Shown here in pieces: positions 23,871-37,242 of a stretch of 64,000 nt of DNA (its first letter is position 1; each line of letters begins with the position of its first letter). This stretch comes from Zygnema circumcarinatum SAG 698-1b (taxonomy: Eukaryota; Plantae; Zygnematophyceae): contig CM074810.1 in the NCBI GenBank assembly GCA_037447605.1, positions 1,212,880 to 1,276,879 on the forward strand, in the 5' to 3' direction. The notes beneath the pieces were generated by a model, which saw only the letters and a program-made list of their open reading frames with translations, was not told where the DNA came from and searched no databases. The translations under genes and the position numbers were made by a program.

Positions 23871-26800
23871 TCAGCGAAAGGAGGGGGTTCCACTTCCCCA
23901 GATGGAGCGGATGCTCGGCTTGGTTGGCGTTACAGAGCGTCTTCCTGAACCCCAGGCAGTGCGCGTTATTCGTCCTGGAGGAGGGGTTTGAGATCGAGCC
24001 TTATCTGCCCTGAAGACTGCTTTCTCCTCATTCAACTGACCTCCAAAATCCAACGGCACTGCCATCAACCCTACTTCACTTCTTGCTTCCCCTACACTCT
24101 GTACCTTGATTCCCCTCTCTTCTGCTTGGAGCTCCTTCCCTCCCTCCTCCAATTCTTGACCTTTCAGCTGCATCTTTTCCGGAGCAGCTCCCTCCTCGTT
24201 CAGTGCTACTGGCAAGTCAGCTCCCACTACCACCGCGGTAGCTGTTGAAGAGAACCCCCCTTCTTCTCCAGCAACATTATGACTAGGACTTCCTCCGACT
24301 TTGATGCCAATTTGTTGAGAGTCTTCCTCCAATCTTGAAGCAGGGACCAAGAATGCTTTGAAAGACCGGCGAGGTTTGCCACCTTCGTCTTCCGTATCGC
24401 TGGCCAACCACAGGGCTGGAAGCTTGGTGCGAACAGGGGTCTGATTGGACACCTTTGACTGTGGGAATTTTTGCTGAATTTGCTGGACACCTGCATTCTC
24501 CTTGTCTAATGCTGCACTTGGAACAGGAGATGTACACCCCTGCTCACCTGTCTGCAACTGCCCATAGTTTCTAAGAGCCAACTCCTGGGTTTTGCGGTAA
24601 AGAAAAGCATCTGCCAAGTGGACTTTACTGGAATTTGGCTGAATACGTTGTGGCATGAGTGTTCCAAGACCATTCCTGCTCTGAACTGTGGCTCGATTGC
24701 GGCGAAACTGTCGGTCCTGCCTCTCCATCAGTCTGGGAGAGCTCATACGAGAGGGAGATGAAGGTCTATAGTAAACGTCTTGGGACTCTTTGGGAGTCTC
24801 CGAGGTTGCTCGTCCAACGCGGGTCTCCATAGGTTCGAACCCACTTGTTTTGCTCTGACTGTAGAATCTCGTTGTAGATGAAGAATCGACAAGTGTTTCG
24901 CCATTCCCGTATAAGACTTCTTCCTTGGCAGTCATTTCAGGGTTCAGAATCGCAGATACCTGCCTTCTATGTCCAGTTCGATCGGAAAACCCTACACTAG
25001 TTGGGACGGTGAGAGTTGATTCTTTTGCGAAACTCTTGTGGGAGCGAAACATATGTCCAGTGACCAGTTTCATTCTTTCAGCTTCTTGAGCAATGAGTGA
25101 AGACTCCAACCTCTTGCTAGTAGAGCGAGCTTCACCGGCAATCTCAATAGGGGAAAATCTCTTCCCCTCTTTCATGGCTCCATCTCGTTCTGCCGAACCC
25201 ACCACTTCTCTCGTGACTTTTTTCTCTGTTGGTTTTGATTCCTTGGAGGGAACTGGACTTCCCTGGGCTGAATGTGAAGGAGAAGGTGGCCGGGAGGTAG
25301 AACTTTTTCTTTCACTCTCAGGATAAATAGTCGTTTTCAGTGAAGCCGACCTCTCTATCCCCGCACCTGAGAGCCGCCGCATGTGGCTCTGGAAAAAACA
25401 GGCAACAAGGGAGGAGGGTTTTCAGAGGATTAGTCAAAGGGACAGGAGAGGAGTGTCTTCACATATACAAAAAAAAAAAAAAAAAAAAACCTCGTCGTCG
25501 CAAGCAGACAATGACTAACGACCAGTTATTTAACCTCTGAACTGATATTCCCCATTCAAACGAAAGGACCTGCTCCGTGATATGTGAAGCCGGTAGAAAT
25601 TACCTCCCAAGAAATAACTATGACACTATTTGGAAGTATTTATATCATACATAGCATCTTCTTTGGCCGCAGTTTGAGATTCTCTCCATTTGCTTCAGAG
25701 AGTTAGTGACTGCAACAACTATTATATACTATACTATATACACTATATATTATATACTATATGGTCAGCTATATTCAACTTACTCGTGCCAGAGACTCCA
25801 CAGCTGTTCTTAAGGAGAGCGCCATTTGCGCTGCCCGGTCGAGCTCCACCCTTCCCTCCCTCCACTGCCTTTCAAGGGCTTCCCTTTCCACAAGGAGAGA
25901 GTTTCGCTGTGCCTTTAACGTCTTCGACTCCTCGTCAATTGTGCCGCCACCTGCACTTAAGATCCGGCCAGAATTCTTTTGGCAATTCACATCAGAAGCA
26001 GCTTGGCTCTCTTCAGGCAGAGGGCACATGCGATCAGTGAAAGCTTTGTTCAGAGCATCATCTCCCTCTTGGAAATGTTCCACTCGCACATTTGCCCCCC
26101 CCTGCTGCTGCTGACCCCATACAAGCTTTTCCTCCTCTTCTGAACAATCCTGGTCGCTAGTTTCCTCCTGCTGCTGGAGGGACAATAGTGGATACAGCTT
26201 CACTTCCTCGCCTGCTGCAACATTCCATAACTTTCGAACAGGACTCCTTGAACCTCTCCATGATCCCCCTTCCCTTACTTCCTTTTTACTGTCAAAAGCA
26301 GGCTCTGAAGCTGCAGCTCCGTCATGACGTCTCCTATCTGGCGATGAAGGATGACTGGAAGGGCCCATGCTCAGAGGACTTCCAAAACCTTCACTTAGTA
26401 GCACAGTATCCGTCCTCGCTTCTCGCGATCTCATCGTTGTCTCCGCTTCATCATACTTCTCAGACACAGAAAAATGAGACTCTTTTCCTGGAGATGCACT
26501 TGGTAACCGTGATCCTCCTTCACTCACACTAATATAAGGACCGAGACTTACGTAGCCTTCTGTGCTGAGCTCCTGGTGTTGGTCCTTCATTCCCTTCATC
26601 TCCTCCTTGTAGACAAGAGGTTGACTGCAAGTTGTCTGCGACAAGACCGAGTTGCTATTAGAAAGTTGGCTGGCGATTGACGCAATTTCTTGATTGGTCT
26701 CCATCACTGGCATTCCGTCTGCTCCCCTAATGGCCCATTCCCAGAGAAGTGACTTTCTTTGGGCTTCGAGTTCTGGATTTTCCTCCTCTACAGCACCATT

Positions 26801-27331
26801 TGGAAGAATCTCGCTTAGTTTCTCCAACTGTCCTTGTTCTGTGCCTATTTGCGTCGCAGGCTTGTCCTGCTGCGATGCCTTTACTATTGGCATTGCATCA
26901 ATGGAAAACTCCCTATGTTTAATGTTCAAGCTTTCTAAATATGCAACACCTTCAGTAGCCACTGCAGGACTGTTTTCAACTAGCTTATCCTGCTCAGTTT
27001 TCAAAGACTCTTTCCTCTGCCCAGGCTTCTCATCATCTGTTGACTTAATCATGCTTGGTATCTCTGGCTTATGCGTTTCAACCCAATCATTATCGTCTGG
27101 CCTGTCTTCACCAGGTAATCGTCGAATTTCCACACTCTGCTTAGCCTTTGATTCATCCCATCCCATCATCTTTTGCAGAGCTGACGTAGTGTGCTGCCCT
27201 CCGTCACTAAAACCTGCCTGGCAGAGAGAAACTTCAATGTCTTCACTTTCGTCACTTGTAAACAAGTCACCCTCTGTATCAGGGCCCCATTCGTCTCTGT
27301 CGTAGTGGGCGGCGTTAATCTTGAAGGACAT
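23871..27331 (-). CDS. Uncharacterised ~1020-aa low-complexity protein with a central coiled coil; exons 27331-25784 and 25388-23871
   Basis: Two long ORFs join in frame through a GT-AG intron (..ESLAR|SHMRR..). Acidic N-terminal half, coiled-coil-like LLVEREALERQWREGRVELDRAAQMALSLRTAVESL, basic Ser/Pro/Arg tail. No family recognised; start uncertain. Confidence 0.7.
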
Positions 27332-27719
27332 CTCTGCTGTCGTCCCGGCCGTCTTCCAATTTTCCTCGACCCATACCTCTGTTAGATCAGCCAGCGAGGA
27401 AGAAATTTCAGATTCATGAAGTAATGTGATTAAGCTAACTTTTTTTCTCAGAGGACCTGCTGCAATAGTATTTTCTTTAAATTTGGTATTAGCGGAAAAC
27501 CTAGTCAGCATTCAGAAGCAAGGATACAGGATCCCCGCCGATTGGCGAGATAAGTAATTCCATAGATGACGTGAGAACATGTGTTTTGTATGTCAAGCTT
27601 GAATGTGTTCTCTTCTGTCACAACGTTCTCACCTTGCATGTCCGCCTTGTCCAGATTTAAGGTTCAGAAGAGGACGGGAAGACGGATTCTGTTCGAGAGA
27701 GGGCTGGGGGCGACGGCGT

Positions 27720-27894
27720 GGAGGAGGGAGAGGGAGAGGGAGAGGGAGGGAGCGAGGGAGAGGGAGAGGGAGAGGGAGAGGGAGAGGGAGAGGGAGANNN
27801 NNNNNNNGGAGAGGGAGAGGGAGAGGGAGAGGGAGAGGGAGAGGGAGGGGGAGGGGGCGAGGGAGAGGGAGAGGGAGAGGGAGAGGAGAGGAGA
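27720..27894. repeat. (GAGAGG)n microsatellite containing a 10-N gap
   Basis: Read directly. Confidence 0.95.
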
Positions 27895-28803
27895 GTCGCC
27901 GTTGGCGCTGCGGCCCACAAGGCTATTGACCGTTGGCAGAATTCAAAACTTCAAACTGCAGCAAGCGTGAGGATTCCATAATAACGATTTTTGGAATTCC
28001 GGGAATTCCTCCATTGTGGAGCATTGTCCAATAGCAGCTCGCGACGCTAGCAATTCTGCCCACGTGGCGAGTTTCCATTGGACGAACTATGCAGGATTTT
28101 CTTGTGATTCGTACAACCGAACATGGAACTGTAAAAAAATGTTTTACGGGAATGGTGTCAATAACTGTACGGATGGAGTCACACGCGCCAAGTGTTAGGG
28201 AGTTCTGAACCCCTAGGCGTTTCATCGTATGGACTATAATGATGTTGATCATGTTGTTGTTGGCGGCTGGGTTTTAGGAAGGAACTGTGTAGGGTAACAG
28301 AATTCTGAGATTTTGATAACTGGAGCCTTGAGGGAAAAGTATAGGATGCTTATGCTCCAGGTTTGCTTTGGAGTAAAGATCCAAATGTGTTGTGTATTGA
28401 GTGCTGGTATGAAGTATTGGATGATTGAGCTTGTCTAACATGTCTAAGAAAGGGTATTCCTCCAGAGAGGAAACATAAAAAGTTGAGAAGGAAGAAGGAC
28501 TCGGTCCAACAGGATTCGCAACGATCTATTACTGCATAGGCGTTTTTGTGGAGGGTTGGAGCCTTCCATGGAAGGCCACAAAGGGAGCATTCCACAACCA
28601 TTGGATTGGGAGCCAAACAACAACTGGATGGCAATGAAGTGATTGGACGTCTAGCAATTTCCAACCATTGAACCCAATGGTTCCGGCCATTGGCAGTGGT
28701 TGGCTGGGTCGCGAATCAATGGACGTTCATGTACATTCGATGGCATGGCCATCGCGAGACCATTGCCACATTTTCTCCTCATAGAAATATTTTTGACATG
28801 AAA

Positions 28804-29058
28804 GGGGAAAAATGGCATTTAACTCACGATGGCGAGGCCATCATTTTACATGGACAAAAGCAGCACGGGGAACCACGAGGAGCACATGAAAGCCAACGCT
28901 AATAAGAGAACTAGAATTCGTTTGGAGTCAATACGCAATACGCTTCTATCTTTTGTCCTTAGGTCCTTTGCGACCAGTCCCTCGTGGTTCCACATGCTGC
29001 TTTTGTTCATGTACATTTGTTGGCCTCGCCATCGTGAGTTCAATGACATTTTTCCCCC
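28804..29058. mobile_element. Inverted pair of a dispersed ~80-100-bp repeat family; other copies at ~28725-28780, 32866-32963, 33111-33194, 55237-55342
   Basis: Shared core GGGGAAAATGGCATTGAACTCACGATGGCGAGGCCA..ACATGGACAAAAGCAGCACGTGGAACCACGAGG..GTCGCAAAGGACCTAAG. Confidence 0.75.
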
Positions 29059-29306
29059 GGGTTTTTTTTTTTTTTTTAATCCTATGGCGTCGTCGACTCG
29101 TCGTAACTGATGGGAGATGTAGTTCGCACGTGGAAACGGCTTGTTGCATGGAACTTGTGTTCGTACAATACGGGGGTACGGTGTCGTTCAGTGTAACGCT
29201 ACAGTTGCAGTAAAGCTGGTTATTGACAGGAACTCTGAAATGTAAGAAATCTGAGCACATAGAACCATATGAGTTCCTGTGACCCACCTTGAACCTGTCC
29301 TACCAA

Positions 29307-29495
29307 ATGCGATTCCCGCGGTACAAGATCAACTTCAAACTCTCCGATGATCGGCTCAGGATCAACTCAGCTTTTGGCAATTCCACCAGGGAGCTTACCC
29401 GCCTACTCGTGAACCCGTCCAGGAGCATCCCGTTGACCCCGGGTTCAGGGCGCTCCAGGCGGAGGTTCAGCGCGCCTGTCTGGAAGCCGCCATAG
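29307..29495 (+). promoter_or_regulatory. 62-codon upstream ORF of eIF5 with a poor-context AUG, ending WKPP-stop
   Basis: MRFPRYKINFKLSDDRLRINSAFGNSTRELTRLLVNPSRSIPLTPGSGRSRRRFSAPVWKPP*. Context is caaATGc, versus gcgATGg for the main AUG. Plant eIF5 genes are known to carry a conserved peptide uORF. Confidence 0.7.
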
Positions 29496-29948
29496 TAGCT
29501 TCCAGTGCCTGCCTGCATACGCTCCCGCCTGCCTGCCTCCCGCCCTCCGCGCACGCCTGTCAACCCTTGCAGGAGTAACTTTTTTTTCTTCAAGCAGCCG
29601 TTGCAGGACTGTGAGCGCGAACATCTGCCGCAGCGACTCTGTCATATTGCCTTCTTTTTATGTCTGAGCCCATTCCCCCCACACTTCTGTTGGGAAAGTA
29701 TTGTCCCACAGCTCGGAAGAGGCGTAAACTGACAGGCGTAGGTCACGCAGGCGGGGATGGGATAGGCCCGTCTCGGACGCCAAATCTAGGCAGAGATTGT
29801 CGGACTCGGTTCGAGCCTGTCAGATACTCTTGATATTCTATTTAGATATATTAAGGTCACTAGAGACTTGCATTACTGACGGCTACTGGTTGCTGGTCGC
29901 CTGGATCCGTGATTTTTAAAAACCCTGAAAACCAATCCATTTTTCGCG

Positions 29949-32012
29949 ATGGCTGGTTTAGTGAACATTGGAGAGGACAACCAAAACGATGGCTTCTATC
30001 GTTACAAGATGCCCAAGCTGCAGACAAAGATTGAGGGTAGGGGAAATGGCATCAAAACAAACGTTGTGAACATGGTGGATGTCGCGAAGGCGTTAGCGCG
30101 CCCCCCGTCATATACTACGAAATTCTTCGGATGTGTCCTTGGAGCCCAGTCCAAGTTTGACGAGAAAACTGGAACATCCACTGTCAACGGTGCACATGAT
30201 ACATCAAAGCTTGTGCAGCTTCTGGAAGCGTTTATCAAAAAATATGTGCAGTGTTATGGTTGCGGGAACCCAGAGACGGAGATTGTTATCACCAAGACTC
30301 AGATGATAACGCTGAAATGTGCGGCATGCGGTTTTTTGTCGGATGTCGACATGCGGGATAAGCTGACGACCTTCATTCTCAATAATCCGCCGGAACAGAA
30401 GAAAGCGAAGGGTGCGAAGCTGCGGAGAGCAGAGAAGGAACGATTGAAGGCTGGAGAGACTGCAGACGAGGAAGCAAAGTCGTCAAAGAAGCCGAGCAAG
30501 ACAAAGGGGGAGGAGAGTGCAAAGAAGCCGCCAAGGAGGAAGGACGATAAAGAGAAGGCTCCATCACCGGATGCCAGTCAGAAAGATGACGACGAGGTGG
30601 CGGACGATGATGACGTCGAATGGCAGACTGACACATCAGCCGCTGCAGCGGAGCAGCGCAGGTTGGAGCAGCTGTCAGCGGCGACGAGCGAGATGGTTAT
30701 GCTGCATGTTGATGAGCACCAGAATGGCAGTGCGAAGAACAAGTCTGGTAGGAAGGGAGGTGATGATGATGAGCCTGCTTCTCCTCCTGCGTCTCTCACG
30801 AGGGGAAGTGCAAGGAGTTCTGTTGAGGATCAGCAGGAAGACGAGGAAGACGAAGACGAAGAAGAGGAGGAAGAGGAGCTGAGTGAGCTTGAAAAGTTGG
30901 TATTTGAATTGAAAGACTATGCAAAAACGCACAACTTGGCAGAAATCGCTGCATGTGTGCAAAGCAAAGGGAAGGCATCACAGATCCTAGTTGCTGCCCT
31001 ATTTTTAGCTCTCTTTGACGGCGTTGGGAGGGGACTTTCTAAAGAGGTTGACAAGAAGAAAACGCTGTTGAAGAAAGTTTTGCCTGATGAAGATGCGCAG
31101 CTGCGGTTTCTTGAAGCGCTAGAATTGTATTGTGGAGTGACAAAGCCTGACGCCATCAAGGAGACTGCACTGGTTTTGAAGGTAAGTTGTTGTGACATTG
31201 ATTAGATCAGTAGGATAGCAGTGCTGTTGATGAGAGGCATGTTTGCTACTGAACAACCGTCTTGAAGAGATTAATAGGTTGCACAACTATCGATGTAGCC
31301 GACGGCTGTTGTGGGTTTGCTGCTCACTGGATTGGTCATCGTCGATTAAGCTGACGATTGTGAGAGGACTACGCTGGGGTGACACTTCTCAAGTGCTCAC
31401 TGTAACATACTGTCAATGCATGTCAACAGGCTTGGACTGTTGTTGCATTCTATTCTCCCGTGTTTACTGTCCTAACTGCTTGTCTAGAATCTTAGGTTTC
31501 CAGCTTCCCATGTCTGGCTGAAAGGTGCTCGATTTTGTAGGCGATTTTGAATAATCATATTATTTATAAGATCTTTGTACCATTTCTTCTAATGAGGTTG
31601 CGTCCTTTCCCTCATCATTCTGGAATCTTTGCTGATTTCGATATTATATTTTACTTGGCCTTGTTATTCCAATGGCTACAGAAAAAAAAAGGCTTGTTGA
31701 TTCCTTTTTTTTCCTGAATTCACACCTCTGCCCCTTGAGGTTATGCAAGAGTGATCATTCCAATGCCACATCTCCTTGTTTTCAAGTTGTCCGTGAACAG
31801 TTATTCAAACCCGTTCTGATATTGCGCTGATGTCTCAGGTGCTTTATGACAATGATATTGTGGAGGAAGATCAGATATTCACATGGTTTTCTCGCAAGAG
31901 TGGAATCGCGGAGCTTGGAATCGATGCAAAGGCAGTGGCGTCAGTGCGCAAGGAGGCCGCTCCTCTCGTGAAGTGGTTGCAAGAGGCTGAGGCTGAGTCA
32001 GAGGAGGAGTGA
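29949..32012 (+). CDS. eIF5: Eukaryotic translation initiation factor 5; exons 29949-31181, 31839-32012
   Basis: FYRYKMPKLQTKIEGRGNGIKTNVVN, zinc ribbon YVQCYGCGNPET..KCAACG, W2 domain ending LYDNDIVEEDQIFTW..VKWLQEAEAESEEE. Confidence 0.98.
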
Positions 32013-34745
32013 GGCGGAGCTATTAGGAGACTGGCAGGGAAGTTGAACGTGTGACTATGACTAGGAGAGTCACTTTGGAGATGTGAAAACGTTGCAGTTG
32101 GTCTCTCATCAGACATGGTAGAGGTGGAGCTTGGTCTGGAGGCCTTCAAACTGTCTTGCGAATGTCAAGTCAACTTGTTGCTTTCTAAGAGCCATGCGGC
32201 AGAAATTTCAATGCATTGTGTCGGATGCTGAGTTTGACTGCTGTGCAGGGATATGGTGGGTGGGATGGAGGGAGGGTGGGAGGGAGGGAGGGACATACAA
32301 CCCTTCAACCTCGTTTGTATCTACTGGGAATGGAAGGGCCCTGCAACTGCTGCTCTGGGGAGTTCTGTTTCATTTGTGTGTATGCATTTTCAAAATTCTC
32401 TCGTGTTCGAATTCGCGCATGCAAACCACCAGTCATCCAGTTTACTGAAACTGATGTGTCATGTATCTTAACGACTGTTCATTTTCTTATTTGTCTTTTG
32501 TACTGTTAATGTTCAATGATAGCGTACCTCACCGACGCAAGTAAATGTTGTCAACTTGCTTTCCTTAGGTGAGAATTGCCTTTTGAACGTTTTCCCAAAA
32601 GTAGAACACTGCGTTGTGAGAGTTGTGCGCACACGGTATTTTGGGTATGAGTTGTGTTCTGCCGTCTAAAGATATACTCCTGACTTGAATCTTATCATAC
32701 ACTGCGAGACGAAATCTAAAGATATTTTGTGCATTTGAAGTTAACGATACACCGCGATACGACTCTTTTAGTATACGGTACACTGCCCCTTTGAATTGTA
32801 GGATACACCGTTATACGACATCTCAGGATCTCATCTCAGGATAAGCGGCTTATTTGAAGACTACTGGGGAAAATGGCATTGAACTCACGATGGCGAGGCC
32901 ATCAAATGAACATGGACAAAAGCAGCACGTGGAACCACGAGGGACGGGTCGCAAAGGACTTAACCACAAAAGGAAAAAGCTAGGAGCAGAAAACTATGCC
33001 TAGACTCAACAACGCAGGCCTCCCTAGAAGCAGCAGCGAAGGTCACCGATGTTTGAGAATATTGTGTGATAGGAAATCTAAGAATACACTCAATGCTCAT
33101 TCTCTATAGGAGGAGAGAAATGCCATTGAACTCACGATGGCGATGCACCAAACGTACATGGACAAACACCAAGGTGGAACACGAAGGACCTAAGACTGAA
33201 GATTTGAGAGTTAGAGAGTTAGAGACTTATGAGTGTTCTCAGACTCTGGTTTGATTATGGAGGGGAGCATGAGAAGCAGATCTTAAGACGATTGTGCTTC
33301 TGAGTGGGGAGAAGCATTCAGAAGTCGCTACTCTGCCGTATGGCAAGCTCCTGAAATTGCGAGTTGTTGCCGAGACTGTGAAACACGGCGAGGAGAGTGC
33401 GGATCTACTAGGTGGGGGCGGAGTGTTCTTTAAGCTGACGGGAACCGTTTCAGATGGACATGATTCCAGCTGCGATGAGTTTGTTTTTTCGTGTTTTTTT
33501 GTGATTTCTGGAGTCATGCTATTATGATCACTATGTTCGTGACTTCACATCCTCTATGCAGCAGGGAATGCGCATCAATTGCAACAAAGTTGGTCTCGCC
33601 CGTGACCCCCCCTCCCCACTCCCCCCACCCCCATGCCCCTCGTCCCTCAGCACCTCTTTCTTTTTAGCTACGGGGTTCCCCCATGCCCCAAGTCCCCTTG
33701 CGCCCCTTTCCTTTTAGCTACGGGTTCCTCTCCACCCCACCCTTCCGCCACGCCCCCTGTTCGCCTGCCCCCTCCCCCTTCCCCCATTCCAGAATTTGTT
33801 GCTTTGTGTTGCCTTAGAAGGTCCGTGAGGCACTTTGGGCCCAGCTGCCAGCTGCCAGTGCTCAGGTGAGCGCACCAGATTCAGCGCCGGCTTTGGCCCA
33901 ATCTTGTATTCTCAAATGAGGAATTTCTACAAGGAGGTTATATTTCAAAAAGACCTGGAAAAGCCGTTCAACCGCCTCTCGCCTGCCCGGATTTCTGATC
34001 GCTGCAGACGGGTCTGTCGGCGACTGCCCTGCAGGGGCGCGGCTCTGCTGGATGCAGACCCTGACTGGGCTTAGAGGGGAGTTCAGTCTGTCTCGGCGGG
34101 TTCTGCGGATTAGGAGGGGGAATAAGAGGAGGATTCTCAAGGTGAACTTGGTATCGTTAGCACTCGAGGACATAGTGAGGTAGTGGTGGAAACTAGAGTT
34201 AGTCAGCTCTGTTAAATAGTGGACTGCGAAAAAAATATGTAAAAGAGGGGATTCCATTTTCAGACCCGTATAAATAAAAATCGTAAGGAAAATTCCGTAT
34301 CAGATTTTGTCAATTGTACAAAGGAGGTGAAAAATGATATGACAGATGGACTGGGCCTCTACATGTCATTGCTTCCCTTGTTCACAGAACAGATTGAATC
34401 TGACCATGAGGTTAAACTATGCACCTTTTTTCTTGGGTTCCGCCTATCAACTCCTCCCTTGGGGAAGGGAAGCGAGATCCCTAAAACATAGGTAGGCATA
34501 CGAATGTCTCTGCCCTCTATCACTACATGAGTGAAAAAATATACTGCACACGGAAGCATAGCTATACTGCACACATGTAAACCACACACTAAGCCGCCTC
34601 CTCGAAAAACCGACAAACGAACACCCGAAATGAGCCTGCTGCAAGCCATGGCCCAAAAGCATACCTATAAAAGCTGCTGCTTGCAGCCTTCCCTTTCCAG
34701 TCCTTGCCACACCAACGAAATGGGGGCCGTGCGTACCCCCTCGGG

Positions 34746-37242
34746 TTAGGTCTTCTCTTGGCGGCCCCACTGCACATTCAGATGCTGGCAGTCTTCCATT
34801 GCATTCAGGACGTCCATGAGAGCAGCCTTCCGTCTTGCTGCAACAGCTGTTTCCCCTTTCTGAATTTCCAGATTGTCGCGGGATACACTGCCGTCTCCCT
34901 TTATGTTCCGTGGATGCTTCCACTTCCATTCAAATTGGAAAGCTGGGCTCACAGTGCAAAAACATAAAAGTATGGTCAACATTCACGTGTTCTCTCCGAA
35001 GCCCTGAAGGTACGCCAAGGGTTGGGTAGTGACCTTACCTCCTCAGTCATTAAATATGGGGAATAGACTGCTTCTAGTAGGCCTGTAGCTCGGCCTCATG
35101 TTCTATGCAACTCCACATCCTGTTGCACGATTTAATCAATAGCCTTTTCCTGACAATGTATGAATCTGTGAACGACATCTTAGTGCTTCACTGGGGAGCT
35201 TTGCAAAATATGGAGAGTACCTCTCCAGCAGGCATGCAGAGCTTGGGCATTCAGGTCTTCAGAAAAAGTAGATGACATTTCCTCACCTGCAGATCTAGTC
35301 TTGAAGCTCCCGACTTTGCATAAGACACTCCATGGCCGTCCGGCCCGCGTTGATTTAGCTCCACCCGGAATCTCCCCGTTATGCTGCTTCAAACTGGCAC
35401 AATTGACATAAAAACACGAAGGCAAAAGCGTATTAGATTCATCGTAAATTTCAATAGTACATTAGCAAAAGAAAATGTCCAACAACACAGCTTACAGCTC
35501 ATCGAAAGGTGTAACTCCATCCACATGCCACATGCCCAGCATTTAAGTAGAACAAGGACTGGAACGCCCACTAGCATGTTCTAACTTATATATACGTGTC
35601 CCATTTAAAAATGAAGCAGAAATGGCGAAGCATCTTCAAAGAGTGATAAGTATCGAGATGTTGAAAAATTTGCAAAACATCCAATTGAACTGTTCAGCAT
35701 ACTGCATCTAACTGCACAAAGGCACTTTCAGTAAGACGTAACAAAGCCTAAACAGCAAAGTCTACTCTTACAAGGGAAAAATAGACATAGTCAGCCACAA
35801 TGAATGAAGACATACCGTCTTTCCATGTCATTACTGACACCAACATATGTCTTTTTCTTGTCCTCTGATATCAAGCAGTACACAACCCATTCCTCCACAA
35901 CTTCCACTTCATCTTCGTCTGCAGCCACACTAGCTTCCACCACGTCACTCTCCTCTCCATTGCTAGCCTCGTGGCTACCTTTTCTTTCTAACAAAGCTGT
36001 ACCAGAGGCCTTTGCATTCCCCTCCTGTTTCCAAAGGCTCCGTTTTGCTTTCCCTTTTTGTTCGGAGCCTTGCAAAGTTTCACCATGTTTAAGACCTGGT
36101 GTAGCACTTGGAGAGGATTCATCAGCATGACGTCTCCCAGCTGGACTGCGCATCCCAATAGAAAGATACTCCAAGGCGTCCAGCCCGTAGCGAGCCAACT
36201 CCTCATAAAGAGCCGCGGCTTTGCGGACTGGATGCACGCGACGATTCACTTTGTGCTTCAATTGAGATTGTTCAACAGGAGTATCACTGCTGGTGCTACT
36301 GACATTTCCTGGATCTCCATTCGCGCTCTTATTTGTTCCAATTAAACGACTAGAAAACGTTCCTTCAAGAGCGGCCACAGAATCCGCAAAAGTCCCCTTG
36401 ATTCCAGAACCAGCGTAAGCCAGCTTACCAAAGTCCCTCTGCAAGCCCCACCTCAAATCTATCGGGCTTCTTACATCTCTCCTCAATTGACCGAGATGTG
36501 GCAGAAGGTGCGTGTTCCAGAAGCCGGCGACAGGAAGTCTAGTCCTTATCTCCCGGCGCTTCCTTTTTCTGCCTAATGAAAAAAAAGAATTTTTACAGAT
36601 GCTCAAGAAGCCCAAGTCTGTGAAACAAAGCTTTGAGCTAATCCTGGGAAGCACTCCAGAACCGAGATTTTGGAAACTATGTGTGACTGGTCTGACTGAC
36701 GAAATTGTCCGCAATATCGCAGTTATAAATACTGAATCTTTCAGCAAAACCCTGCAAATGGCTATCTGTGAGTTCTGAAACCATAATTTAGGGATACCTC
36801 CAGCTGTGCCCCAAGCAAAATGCGGCCTATGTCGGTTTGCCAATGTGTGCCTCCCTTGCAAACGCAGTCTGCGATGACTCAAGTCAAGATTGATAAATTT
36901 GTACTGTACTGGGATATAATTAGGAGAAGTTTGTCTCCTACAATCGAACGTAGTTGCAACTTCTGCAGCACCATCATGCCGCAAGGTCTCACGATTCGAT
37001 GAATCTCTATGGAGCGCAGGACGACTCTGCGAACTACTCCTTTCTCCGCATCCTGCACAGTTCTCTGCAAGACGCTCACGAATGGCTTGAAAATCGTTCC
37101 GCAAGCGTCCTCTCAGCAGAACTGCACGGTCAGATACCTTCACTCGAAGAATGCATGGAGGGACCGGGCCAGCGACAATGTGGGAAAGCCCTCTAACGGA
37201 GCAGTGGCGGAGAAAAGCAGGTGGAGAAACGACTGTGGTCAT
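34746..37242 (-). CDS. SLX1-like GIY-YIG nuclease domain protein with a long N-terminal extension; exons 37242-35816, 35393-35287, 34942-34746
   Basis: WVVYCLISEDKKKTYVGVSNDMERRLKQHNGEIPGGAKSTRAGRPW..FKTRSAAFQFEWKWK assembled across two GT-AG introns. Confidence 0.88.

Noticed and set aside
27581-27981. RE/GE/SP dipeptide ORFs
   Set aside because: Microsatellite translation across an N gap.
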